DNA from: Felis catus
Lineage: Eukaryota
Direction of reading: 5' to 3'
Assembly (NCBI RefSeq): GCF_018350175.1
Contig: NC_058368.1
Span: 188,916,001-188,980,000 of the forward strand
DNA length: 64,000 nucleotides
In this document: positions 1 to 12,539 of the stretch, one piece after another
Layout of the letters: each line of letters opens with the position of its first letter
Numbering within the stretch: position 1 is the first letter of the stretch
The notes under the pieces: generated by a model
What the model was told of the DNA's origin: nothing
The model's input: the letters and a program-made list of their open reading frames with translations, nothing else
The model's database searches: none
Translations under genes and position numbers: made by a program

Positions 1-155
1 ACATTTCACATACGTTACTCATTTTATTCTCAATAACCCTTTAAAGCAGGTTCTGTTATTTCCCACATTTTACAGATGAGAAATTTAAGGTACAGGGAAG
101 TTAAGTAATTTCTCTAAAGTCACACAATTAATTAAACAGTAAAGTTAGGATTATG
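1..155 (-). mobile_element. MIR SINE fragment
   Basis: Contains the reverse-strand MIR core cattttacagatgagaaa...gttaagtaattt...aaagtcacaca. Confidence 0.75.
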
Positions 156-2517
156 ACAAAAGCCACACAGGGGTCCTGGAGAGAAGTACTGTTATTTTCA
201 TGTTTTCGTAAGGCCACTGCAGAAATTTACCCATGGGGATCTTATCTCCAACCCAAGTTCTTGTCCAAGATTCTCTACTGTTGTCTTTATTGTAGAATGT
301 TCTCATTTCTATCCCTTGGGAGTCCTGGATTCTGTTTAGGTGAACAGATTTACTAAAAACCCACTGGGTTCTGAGTCTTGTGTCATGTTCTGGGTATACA
401 GAGATGATTTTTATTATTGTTGTTATTTTACATCCTCATATAGATGGATCAAAACATGTTGGCTACGTCAAAGAATTTTCCTTTTGGGGGAGCCTAGAGG
501 TATCTTTGGTATCCAGTATTCTGCTAGTCACATAGAAGAATTCCCAATGTATTACTATCTATTGGTTGGTAAAATGTGACACAAGTAAACCATTGAATAA
601 GCAATTTTGTTCTACAAATGTGTGTGTTCGGTTCAGTGAATGTTCAGTGATGAGCTACTGTTGTACATTAGCCTGACTGAGGAACCTAAATACAACTTTT
701 AATAGGCTGTCACTTTTGGTTTTATGACCACCACTTTCCTAATTTTTAGTATTCTAAAAAGCTTAATGGCTCAACTGTTGAGCTCTTACCGGGTTGGCTT
801 TTGAAAAGCTACATTATCTTGAAAAAAAATCATACAACTAGAAGTCGGAACATGTGGGTTGTAGTTCCAGCTGTTGTAACTATTATAACTGTGTGGCTAT
901 TCTCATGTCTTCTGATCTCTCAATTTTTTCATATGTGCAATGAAACAGTTCAACTAAGTGACGGTTAAGGTCACTTAGAAAGTCTTGCAATTCATGGAAA
1001 CAAACATATACCATAAGGAGTCTTTTGACCAATATAGGTTATGAGTTTAGTTTTGACTGTAGATAAATATCTTAATTTTGTTGAGTCTTAGTTTTCTTCC
1101 TTTTAAATAGGTTGATGATTCCTGGCATGCTTAATTTATAGGACTTCTATGAGGATTTAGTGAGATACTAGAGATGTAAGTGCTTTGAATCACATAATAC
1201 ACTGTATGAACATAAGATGATATTATTCATATGGAAAGTTACCAAAAAGGTGTTGGGTTTTTTGCCCCACACTCTCCATCCCCCCCCTCCCAAAAAAGAC
1301 TGGAGTTTGGTTCTGATTGGGCTGTTTCCTGGAGTTTCTGGAACTCCTTGGAACTCTACAGGGTCAATAGGGGCTTTGTCCTGTCTCTAGTTCATTTCCC
1401 ACGGTTCGAATAAGGCTGTCACACTCTTTCTCCTGACAACATTTTATCAAACATATCCGCCACACAAAATGTGGTAATTCATGAGACAAAAGTGAGGTTT
1501 TGAGTTACAATAACCTCCGCTTTGTTAAAAGCCCCCTGAGAATCTGAGATCTTCTCCATAGGCCAGCAGACATGCATGCGTCCCCCGTTTACAAATGCCT
1601 TAAAAACAGCCTGATAAATCATCCCCAAAATGTGTGTGCTACATCTAACTCTGTCCCTCAGTGGGGATATTTTTAACTCCTACTTCTAAGTCCTCTCAGT
1701 TCCTTTAAGGAAGTGCGATCCGAAAGGGTCAGGCATTTGGCATGTACTTAGGGGAAACTTTGAAAGAATTCCTGAGGCTCCCCCTGGGGTAAGGCTGGCT
1801 TTCCCCAAAAGAACAGGCCCTTCAGAGCGTCTTTGCCACATAAGGGCTTGTGTGAGGCCCCAGGCACCCGTTGATGCCGTCTCTTCCCTGCGACAGATGG
1901 CCAAGCCTTCAATTTCAGCAAGCGATCCACTGTGGAGAGGGCGGGCAGGAGATTCTGGCAGCGTGCCAGGTGACAGGGCAGCTTAGGGTAACAGGGATCC
2001 GGTGTGTGCCCGGCATAGCTTTTGTGCTAACGATGGGCTGCTGACAGGCACCTCGCCCCTGCTCATCGTTAAGACAGAAGATCCCCTGCTCCCTTGATTC
2101 TGTTTCTCTCTGGCAGAGCTAGCGTCCTGTTTGCCTGCCTTTCAAAATCCATTTTGGCACCAGATGGCCCCCCTCATGGTGGCTAGCAGTTGTCTGACTT
2201 GAAGATGCCAGAGGGTGTGCTGACAGCTTCTTCTAACACAACCTGAATCTGGCTGTCGGTCTGGGCTCAAATGTCTAAAACACACACCCGCGGCAATATT
2301 ATCAGCCCTGGGGAATCAGGGGTGGGGGCACTGGAGGGAGAATGGCGATGATGTCTCCCTCCACAATATTTATGCTACTGGTATGGAAATAATAATACCA
2401 ATACTTATTCTTATTTGTACACTTATTGGCACAAATGCCATTGTGGTGCAATTACTGTTGATGGTATAATTAGCACTAATACCAGTACTTCACTACTTCT
2501 GTTATTACTAAAACTAC

Positions 2518-2740
2518 TATAAGCATAATGGTTAAGGACACAGGCTCTGTCCAAATTTGAGTTCCAGACTCACGAACCTTACGGTAAGTTATTCAACTTC
2601 TCTGAACCTCAATGTGTTCATCCATAAAATGGGATTGATAGCAGAGGTTATTTAGGGGGATTGAATGGGAAAAATGTATTTGCAGTTCTCAGCACCTTGC
2701 TGAACATGTTAAGCACCTAATTCATGGGAGCCGTTATTAT
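2518..2740 (+). mobile_element. MIR SINE
   Basis: agcataatggttaagg...aagttattcaacttctctgaacctcaatgt..catccataaaatggg...taagcacctaa. Confidence 0.7.
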
Positions 2741-2756
2741 TACTGGCCCCATCACC

Positions 2757-2975
2757 ATGCTTACCATGTGTCAGGCATTATCACGGTTCATTTTTACAAT
2801 TGCCTTATAAGGTAGGGACTGTCCTTATACCCAATTTATAGACAAGGAAAGTGTGGAGCAGAGAAGTTCACCTACTTATCCAAAATCACACAAGCAGTCA
2901 GTACCTGTCAAAGTTGGGATGTGAACCCCACTCCGGGTATTTCTAAAGGCTGTGGCTTTTCCTCTGTACCACACT
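2757..2975 (-). mobile_element. MIR SINE
   Basis: ttaccatgtgtcaggca...cccaatttatagacaaggaaa...aaaatcacaca...gggatgtgaaccc. Confidence 0.65.
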
Positions 2976-4170
2976 GTTTCTCACTGTCAGTTTCGTGGCA
3001 ATCAGTCCTCCCCTGAGGCTTGGCGTGGCTTTTAAATATGCCCTTCCAACCAGCTGTGCTTGAAAGAGGCAGCCAGTTTTTACATTTCAGGTGCCTTTGG
3101 CTTAAACCCCAGCAAGATGGCCGACTCTCTCTCTCCCTGAGCTTCACCATTTCAGTTTCTGAAAGCCATGTGTGATCACAGGGCCACCCAGCTCTTGCCT
3201 TCTGAGAGCTCAGAGGAAAGGACAATGCTGAGGCACTTGGGGTTATGAACACTTCCTCAAACGTCTTTCTCTTTCCAAGTCTGCCCTATTGAAAGGGGAC
3301 TTGAGTAGGACCAGCTGACTGCTGGCGGGAATGACTGTGCTGTTCTTTGTACTGGGGAAGGGGTGCCAGAGCCCAATTCCATTTTACACGTTTGGGCTTC
3401 AGCGGTGTTCCACGAGTCATTTATCTTGTGTGAAGTGTTGATAAACTTTGGCCTCTATGGAGAGAACCTGGAAGTAGGGGCAAATGATTATTCAGAGGTT
3501 TCCTTTTATTGATGGGTGGTTGAATGGCGCACGATGTTGAAAGCGTCGTTTAGGAAAGTGTTTGTATTTTAAAATGTTCTTTTAGTTGACAAAGTTATCG
3601 TCACTTTTCAGAGTTACTCCCACACCATATTCTTCTGTTGCCAGATTCTAAGAGACTGGGGAGGAGAGAGATTCTTCTAGGACCTCTCTCAGTCCAGTAG
3701 TCAGAAACCAGTTAAACCTCGTGTGACTTTGTGCTATGTTCTCCTTACTGAGGACCCCTGTGTTATTTGGTTAATAGACTTTGTGCTCAGAGCTAAATTC
3801 AGACTGAGCCATCATGGCTTGATAGTTCTTCACAGACTGTGTGCATTGAGGTGGGAATTTTGTACTTCAGTGTGGGAAAAGGTGACTTGAAGTGGGAGAA
3901 AGGTGAAGAAAAGAACATGCTGGAAAAATTTAACTGACTGGCATTTTAATGCATTCTGGTGTTTTGGGGAAATATTTGGGCCTGAAATCTGTAGGCCTAA
4001 AAGTAAAAGGGAATGGAGAACTTAGGGTGGCTTTTAAAATGCTTCTTTCCCCAAACATGAGCAAATGAAGAACATATAGATTGCCAGCATTAATCTCCTA
4101 ATGGTACATCTTTGATACCTGCTGTCTTTGTGTAATGGACTTTAACAACTACAATGAAAGAAATAAGTGA

Positions 4171-4303
4171 TAAGGTCACCATCTAATTTATCATCCATAA
4201 CAGGACACTTTTGAGAGTTAACGTGGGTACCATAATATTTACAGTAATATAGCTGGTGTAAACTGGGATTGTTCCTGGGAAATTGGGACTTTTGGTCACC
4301 CTA
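4171..4303. mobile_element. hAT-Blackjack MITE, MER94-like
   Basis: About 133 bp with terminal inverted repeats TAAGGTCACCA...TGGTCACCCTA and internal aatttatcatcc..ggacacttttgagagt. Confidence 0.7.
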
Positions 4304-4957
4304 GCAAGTAAAGCCCATGAATCTCACCCTAGAACCAACTCAGGGACCAAGGTGGCAGTGAGGTTCTGATTCATTCGCAAAATAGCTTTTGTCTATAGTA
4401 GGCAGTATAAGAAAAACATATAGGAAATATTTGAGAAGTCAAAGGACTTCAGTCAGTATGTGAATCTTATCTACTTCTCGTGGGTACTACTAATTAGACG
4501 ATTTTATTTGGAGATGCTGAAATAAAAAGTGTTTACCATGTCCTCATATTCATCCAGCATACATTTTGCTGGTTCATCATCTGTTAATTTACAGGGCTTA
4601 AATTACATGTTGTTGGGGACCATGAGTAATTCTCAGGCAATTACACCCAATTGGAACCTACCTTAAATTACGGTGAAGGCTTTCCCTCTGTCTGAGTAAA
4701 AATACTTCCTTGGGGGCTTAATTCTTTTGTGAGATCTGTTGGCAGCACTAAAAGCGTTTCTTTCACAGAACAAGTCCAGCTTGGATGCAAAACAAAGGCT
4801 AAAGTTTTAAACAAAATAGTGACTCTAACACCATTCTAAATATTTCAGAAAATCTGTGGAGAATAGAATGCACAACCCAGACGTGGCTTACTACTTTTTC
4901 TCCCCCCCTTCCGTGTCAGGACTGAAATGCTAACCATGATAATTTGTTTCTCCACAG

Positions 4958-5039
4958 GTTCTTCTTGAAATTTTTCCTCAAATGTAACCAAAATTGCCTA
5001 AAGAATGCAGGAAATCCACGTGACATGCGGAGATTCCAG
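4958..5039 (+). CDS. EBF1: EBF1 coding exon (human exon 7 equivalent, 82 nt): (R)[33 protein letters not shown]-binding domain
   Basis: Acceptor ttgtttctccacAG (AG at 4956-4957), branch-like CTAAC at 4930-4934, donor CAG|GTGGGT at 5040. The translation is the invariant COE-family motif. It is too short to appear in the ORF track. Confidence 0.97.
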
Positions 5040-5734
5040 GTGGGTTTGTCTTGTCTTTCTTAAATTTCAATAATGGCATGAGTATCAGGAGAGGGTAAAA
5101 AAAAAAAAGTCTTAGGCAGAAGAAGATATAGAGTCTGGTTATTTCCCCAGACGTAAAAAGCAGGTGAGGCTCCTGGTCCCCCAGGTCTCTGTGCTCTTGG
5201 AGTTGTTTTTATGAAGGAAGAATTGGGACCAAACCACCTGCGTTCACTGTTTGAGACAGTGATGTCCTTTGAGCCTAGTTTGGCTTCCTGAATGGACTCT
5301 TAGGCTTCAACTGCTTCAGGGTAAGTGAAGTACATAGAAATGATGCATTCTTTCTAAAGTTTTACAAGTAGAAAACTCTTAAATAAGATCTCTGTTCTGT
5401 TTTAGAATTATGCCCTCTTCTTCTTTCCTTTCTCTTTGTACTCCTCTCCCAATCCTGGAAATTGTCAGCAGTAAGTGTCTATTAAAAATGGACCCTGATG
5501 CAGGTGGGCACATCTAGAGTGATATGGGTGACACTCAGTTCCGTGTCAGCAATGTCCTTCTACAGCATGTGTGAAGGTCCTCAAGCAGCAGTCAGATCTG
5601 CCACCATATGTGGGTGGTATGTTCACCTCATATAATTATACACTTACTGATGGAAGAAGATGTGAAAGTAAAGTGTTAATTTTGAAGACACAAAATGGTA
5701 GTTGGGTTTTAGGAAAGGTTGCTAAGTTCTAGAT

Positions 5735-5884
5735 AGTGGTGCTTCTCAAACTCAGAAGTGTCAAGAATGCCCTGGGGATCTTGTTAAACTGCTAATGAGG
5801 TCTCAGGTGGGCTTGAAACTCTAAATTTCTAACAAGCTCCCAAATGATGCTAATGCCATGGACCACACTTTAAGGAGCAAGGTT
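5735..5884. mobile_element. hAT-Charlie MER5A-like
   Basis: gtgcttctcaaact...cctggggatcttgttaaa...atttctaacaagctcccaaatgatgctaatgc..ggaccacacttt. Confidence 0.7.
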
Positions 5885-6149
5885 CTAGACTTGTGTTGCC
5901 TTCCATCTCATTTTATGGCTAACTCTTTGCATGATCAATGTTAGTTTTCCTATCAGAGTGATGTAATGATATATATGTCCATATAGTCTTTCAGTGAAAA
6001 CAGCATGGTGTTTAAAGTATATTCTTGGGTATATTTCATCAGCATGAAGTGTAGATTGACGTGTATGATCTCTGAGAGGATCTTGAAGAATTTTAGCTGT
6101 ACATTCGCACATGGGAGAAAGGGATGGGATGATTCTGAGCATTGATTTT

Positions 6150-6234
6150 CATTATTTTATTTTATTAAAAATTTTTTTTAAACTTATTTATTTTGAGAGA
6201 GAGAGAGAGAGAGAATGAACACAAGCAGGGGTGG

Positions 6235-6272
<38 letters not shown>

Positions 6273-6387
6273 CCCAAGCAGCCTCCACACTGACAGTACA
6301 ATACTGAGTTTGAACCCACAAACCATGAGATCATGACCTGAGCCAAAATCAAGAGTCCAGCACCAACTGAGCCACCTAGGTGCTCCA
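6150..6387 (-). mobile_element. CAN-SINE (older carnivore/feliform subfamily)
   Basis: Reverse-strand tRNA-like head, (GA)n and T-rich tail. 12-bp TSD AGCATTGATTTT at 6138-6149 and 6388-6399. Confidence 0.92.
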
Positions 6388-7410
6388 AGCATTGATTTTT
6401 AGATGTCAAGATCTCTTTGTCTCCAAGATGATTTTTTTTTGAGAGGTGAGACTTATTAGTCTCATGGAAGAGACTAATAAGACAAATTTGGTAGAAAGAA
6501 GCCATTCTCTCCCAAGATTCTGAAGAATTTTTGTAAAATCATTTTGGCCTTGCCACCTTTTGTCCTGAGAGATCTGAGGAAGAGAATCCCTGGATTCCTA
6601 GTTTCCTGGAAAATGTTTCTCCTGGCTAGTTGCTGACCCCAAGTTGGTAGACTTGGGTGCTTTGCTTCCCACACATGATTTTTTTTTGTGTAGAGTGGGA
6701 TTAGCTTTGCTGGTAAACAAAACATGTGATGTCACTAGGTGTATATTGCTCAGTGTCTTGAAACATGAGATTGGGTTTCATTATAAACTGTTTTGCAGCT
6801 TGCTTTGGCCCCAAGATGAGCCATATATCTATCTCCCTTGACCGAGCCTGGGTTATATCATAGCAAGGCATATCCAGGCACAAACCAATTCATGTTTAAT
6901 AAACATGTCTAATAGACACGTGTCATGACTTACAACTATCAGGATCAACTTTCTTGTGCTTCTCAGGGCAGCAGAGTTAAAGGTAGACTTTAGTGACATT
7001 GGGGACCTAAGAGTATTTATATAAGACCTCTGAGGCTTTGTTTTCCCTCATAGGACCTGCTAGTAAAATGTCTAAAGGTCTTAAATTATAGGATGTAGCT
7101 CTTATGTGGGATGAGAAACCAACTCAGTCTGTTATTTTTTATAGAGTCTAGAAAGCTTTATTTTTGCAGATAAAATAGTTGTTCTTCACTTAGTAGAAGG
7201 GCTACTGAGATGAGGGGGCATGAACTGAATTTCTGGAAAGCTTCAGTTTCCTCAACTCTAAGATGGAGTAAAAATTATCATTCTGCTTATTTTACAACAT
7301 ATGAGTAACAAGGTTTTGTATGCATAACTAATTTGCAAATGATAAAATGTAAATGTGTGCTTTTAGAGAAAGTACTTGTGATAAACTAAAACTGGATCAT
7401 TATTTCAGTA

Positions 7411-7637
7411 CAGGGTTTCTCAACCTAGGCACAATTGACATTTTAGACTGCATAATCCTTATGCAGTTATGGGGGAGGGGAGGTTTGTCCTGCACATTGT
7501 AGGATGTTTAACAGTTTGTTACTTGCCTCTATCCATAGAAACTCTTTCATGCCCTAGCCCAGTCATGGCAACCCCAGATGTCTCCAGACATTTGTCAGTG
7601 TTCTCTGTCAGTGAATCTCCTAGTTGAGATTCATTGG
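7411..7637. mobile_element. hAT-Charlie MER20-like
   Basis: cagggtttctcaacctaggcacaattgacatttt...gtcctgcacattgtaggatgtttaacag...atgtctccagacatt...gttgaga. Confidence 0.75.
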
Positions 7638-8768
7638 TTCAGTTCTATACCTGATGACTTCTGACAGACTCTTCCTGGTGACAGTGTGACCATCCCAATG
7701 AGTGCTCTCTGTTATAAGGCATGAGAGCTGCCTGACACAAGGTCCATACTGTCCTTCAAATACATATGCTCTTCCCTGTGAGTCTCCAACTGTCCTCAAG
7801 TAGGTAGACTCCTCTAAATATGGGCAGCAACCTTGACCACCACAGAGTTAATTTTTGCATTGAAGAAGAGCTCTTCCCATCAGCAAGGACAAATTCCTTA
7901 CTGGATCTCAGATTTAACCTGCTTTGTTCCCATCACCCACTCGTCACTTCCTGGGAGAGGATAGAGGGAGCTTGTGGCAGAACGAACACTGATTCATTTT
8001 GTTTTGTGTCTGTGTATGTTTACATGTCTCATTAATTATAATTTTTCCACAATTAGCATGTGGTCTTACACATGTTGGCACATGAGTGTTTATGCAATTA
8101 GAGAATGGAGAAATTGCCTCAATAAAATTAAAGTAACACCTCAAATAGCCCTACTGAACCTTTCTAGTTTTTCCCCTGGGTTGTTTCTTTCATGTTTATT
8201 TCCTCCTGTGTTCTCTGCATCATTTCATGCTTGTAGCCATTCCATCCTTCTTGAACCCATCTTTTCCTCGGATTCCACACAACAACATTCACTCATTCTC
8301 AGCCCTTTACAAAGGGATGCTCTTTATTTCCTCTCCCGTAAATGTTGCTCTTCCCTAAGTTTTCTTTAGAGGTCCAGATCTTTTCTCACTTTGTAGGCTC
8401 TCTTGAGTATCTTCTCCATTCTCAGCAACTTAACCACTAGTCAGGCACTCAGAACTCTTAAGTCAGGCTCCCTGAGACCTGACATCTAGATCCAAACCTA
8501 GAAGTCCAGCTGCCTATTGGATACTTCTAGGAGCTTTCACCCAGTGGGCCCCAAACTCCATTGTCATCATCTTTCTTTTCTTTTTTTGTGCTTTCACCAC
8601 AAGCTGGCTTTTCTTCTTATGTTCCCTATCTTGGTTTACTTCTGATTACATTAAATGCCGGGGAAATGACTGTTTATATTTCTGTCAACATTCAGTGTGT
8701 TCCATATATCTGTGTATAAATATACATGCCCAAATGTGTACCTTGATGTACATGTATGGACATTGGCC

Positions 8769-8792
8769 ATGATGATGATGATGATGATGATG
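8769..8792 (+). repeat. (ATG)8 microsatellite
   Basis: Direct read. It causes the poly-Met run in ORF 8697..8900. Confidence 0.9.
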
Positions 8793-8799
8793 ATAAAAC

Positions 8800-9010
8800 T
8801 AATTTATTATATGAGAAGTATTGTGTTAAGTATTTTACATAAGTTTTCATTTTATCTTCACAATATCCCTGTTAGGAATGTGCCAATATTATATTTATGA
8901 AATGTAATTTTAGGAATGAGGAACTGAGGCTTAGAAGGGTTAAGGAACTTGTTCAAAATCACACATTTACTAAGTAGGAAGGAGGCTGTGATTTAAGTCA
9001 TCATTCTGAC
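8800..9010 (-). mobile_element. MIR SINE
   Basis: atcttcacaatatccctg...atgaggaactgaggcttagaagggttaaggaacttgttcaaaatcacac. Confidence 0.7.
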
Positions 9011-10734
9011 TCAGATGTTATCTAATGTTGTAGAGTAGTAAGGAACTTGTCCAGTATCTATAGGAAGACCCTTATTGCAGAGAAAATAAGGAAGTCTGTC
9101 AACTTCGAAGAGCCATAGTGCTACCCATGAATGTATGCTGGAATCTCAGGAAAGCCAGCTGCTTGTCTTATAATAGGCCTAAAGATACCATCTGCATGAA
9201 GAACATTGGAATACCACCAAAGTTCATCAGGCAGAGAGTGGAGTTGCATGAAAGGAGAAGAACTTGAATATTGTTTCTGAACAGAGCTACAGTGTTGGCC
9301 AATTTTTATTTGTATGAGCTTTAGAAAAAGAAGCTACTACTCAGAAGATTGCTTGAGCTTCACCTAACCTAGGGAGGTTTGGGCCACTTCTCCAGAGCCA
9401 AAAAGACCCATCACCTAGATGGAACATGAGTAAAGTGGCTCCAGATATCTCAGAGTACTCTGTGACAAAATCATACTGCAGTTCCCAAATCTTAGGACTG
9501 AACCAAGAGGGGAAAAGATCAGTCTTCCCTGCAGCTATCCTGGCTGACAGAGATGTGTCATAGAGATACTAGTTGAACGTTGCCTGTGAATAAGATGTAT
9601 AATTTCCATCATTTCTCTCATAGTGTACCATTAGGAAGTTGATTTTATGTTGTTGCCTCTGAGAAGGGATGAGAAAGTGTCTTTTTGGCAGGAGAAAACT
9701 CTGGTCTACCCTTGACATATCAATGTGGCTTTTCCCAGTTCTAAGTTATTGAAAACCTTAGACCTAGAGACATCTGATGGAAAAACGTGCTCTTCTCACT
9801 GTTAAATAGGCTCTCTCCAACAGTCATGGATGCCACTTTCCTCTCATCTCATTTTGTATGCTCACCAGGCCAGCCTGATCTTCATACAGCCATGCCAGAG
9901 CATGTCTCCTCTGAACAGCAATCAGGGGCCTGTGTAGGTGACTGAGGAGGACATAAGAAAGGTTGTTGATCTCTTGACATGTAAAGACATTCTGTCAAGC
10001 AAACTCAGCCTCAGAGCGGCTGAGCTTCTGGTGTGTAAACAGAGACTACTTAATTACACAGGTCATGTCAATTAGTGTGACCTTAGCGTTTTCAAGAAAT
10101 TAATCACTTTCTGCAGAGCTCAGCTGTGTTCATACTTTAAGGCATTATGGAATAAACCTTGTAGAAAATCTGGTACAATATTTTTTTTCTTCTTCTTCTT
10201 AATTTACAATGGGTGTTTTCTTTTGAAATGCCCAGGCTGTGGTTTGGGTAACAAACTTGCTTTAATACAACAGTGGATATAGGCTTCATTCAGTTCTGGT
10301 GGGTGTGAAGAAGTAGGGAGGAAGGGAAAAGGTGGGGGTAGGTTAGGATGGAAACAGCTCATGACAGGGAGAAATTCACTGTGACTAAAGAGCCTGTTTC
10401 TTCATCTTGACACTAAAAAGATGCTAATGTCAAAGGACAGTGTTAAAACCATGTCACGGGTCTGGTTTCTAACTGACAGGAGCTAGACAATTCCAGGTTA
10501 AGATTTAAGTCCTTATCAATAGCTTTCCTTGTTGGGGCTGGCAGCATGAGGATGGTGAGGAAAGGGACAAGAATTGGGTACAAGCTGTCATCACAGTAGA
10601 TGCCATAATACCTAGGGACTGGTATCATTTCCAAATTCATCTTATCTCTTCAACAAAAATTTTCCATAGGCTACAAATCTATATTCATGTATAGATGTTA
10701 GATCTGTGACTATATATGAACATAAATTTAAGAC

Positions 10735-11515
10735 ATATTCCTTCCTTCATGCATGCATGCACTCAGTAGTATTTATTGATGTAGTAAATGGTGAGTATAT
10801 CATGATGAACAAGAAAGATGGGGTGTTTGTCCTAATGAAGATCATATTCTAGCTGGGGTCTATTAGTTAGGATGATACTAGCTGCTATAATAAATAGAAC
10901 AAAGAATATAATGGCTCATACACAACAGGTTATTTCTTGCTCACATAACAGTACAAGGCAGGTGTTCTTGGTCAGTGGACAGATCTTGTACATGAAGCGA
11001 TTTGGGGACTGGGGCTCTTTTTGTTTTGTGTCTCCACTATCCTCTAGAACTTCATTGTCTCCATCCATCCAGCTTAAGGGTAAAGAGTATATGGAGGGGG
11101 CTCATGGACTTCTTAAAACCTGGTCTTAAAAATGACCCTTGTCACATCTGCCCATATTCTATGGGCTAGAAGTCTGTCACACGACCATATATAACCACAG
11201 AGAGACCTGCAAGTATCTACTTGTACAGCCCAAGGAAGAGAGGAAGTGGATGTGTGGGTAACAGTTACCATTGGCTGCTGCAATGTTTACAGATGAATAA
11301 TTACAAATCGTTAAACATTTTCATTATTGCTCTAAAGACTATTAATACTATGAAAGAGAATACATGTGGGATAGGGGATAGGAACCTAATTTAAAGTGGG
11401 TGACCAGGGAAAACTTGTGAGGAAGTGACATTTAAGACCAGAGCTAACAGATAAGAATACATCATCTTGAGAAGAGCCAGAAGAATTTTCTGGGCAGAGA
11501 GAACAGCAAGCTCTA
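10735..11515 (-). mobile_element. L2 fragment interrupted by an MLT1 LTR
   Basis: L2 3' end (cattc..tatttattga...atgatgaacaag...cattctagctgggg) at 10735-10857 resumes at about 11285-11515 (gaggaagtgacatttaag...ttctgggcagagagaacagcaag). Confidence 0.6.
10859..11282 (-). mobile_element. ERVL-MaLR solo LTR (MLT1J/K/L-like)
   Basis: tattagttaggat..ctagctgctataataaa...atggct..cacaacaggttatttcttgctcacat...tgcccatattctatgggctagaag..gtcaca. Confidence 0.7.
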
Positions 11516-12539
11516 AATTCATGTTTATTTCATGTTTATTGGAGGAGACAAACAATCTTCTTTCACTCATTAGTCATTTTGTGTGGGGGATGGGAAACCA
11601 CCAGGAGAAACCACCAGGTTACTCATCCCGAATTCCCACCAAAAATGTGTTCTTTTAAAAATGATGACATGGGAAATGACGGTAAAAGGCAACTCTCTGC
11701 TTTTGTTTTTTTTATGTGTATGTGTGAATTCTGATTCTGTAAATTTTGGAGAATCCTTGTTATTTATTCAAAAGCCCAGAGAGGCTCTGAATCAACATAT
11801 TATAGGGTATGCTTAGAGGATTCTTAAAATACATGCCCTACCTCTGCGGTTTCAGTCTGTTTTTAAAGGCACTTAAATAAAGAAGGAAATATTTGTATCC
11901 TTTTTATTTCTTTCCCACTGTCCCCCACCCCATTTCATATTGTTTTGACAAATAGCGCATCTCGCAATTAAATTCTTTACCAACAGAATGCTAGGGGCCC
12001 GAGCTGCAATCACTCTCTTCATACAGAATAATTTCAAGATGCACCACGCTGATTAATTATACTGAAAGCAGCTCTAATGATAGTTTCAGAATACAGGATT
12101 AATTCACATAACATGGTAAATACAAATGGTGGATTTTCAACCTGATATATTAAACCATTACAGCTTATTGGGCAAATATGTATCTTGGCATGAGCCTTAT
12201 GCTGGGCCTTGGCAGAAAATATGCATCACTGAGAAGGAATCCTTATGAATGCGATTTGGTGAGTGGTGGCTCTGCACTTAGGGGAAATAAATTTCTACAT
12301 TAAGTACAGTCGCTATTGAAGAAATGTAAAATACATTAAAGGATAGATGTTTAAAAGTGTTTGGTTTGATCAGTATTGCCAGTGGATATTGGTTCTGAGG
12401 ATGCTTATACTTATTGAGACTTACCAACAAAAGATATCCTTACATTCTATTGCTTTTTAAGTTGTAACTTACAGAGCTCTTATTATGTGTGAGACGCTGT
12501 ACAAGGTGTTTTGCATGAATGATCTTACTTATTTTTCCT

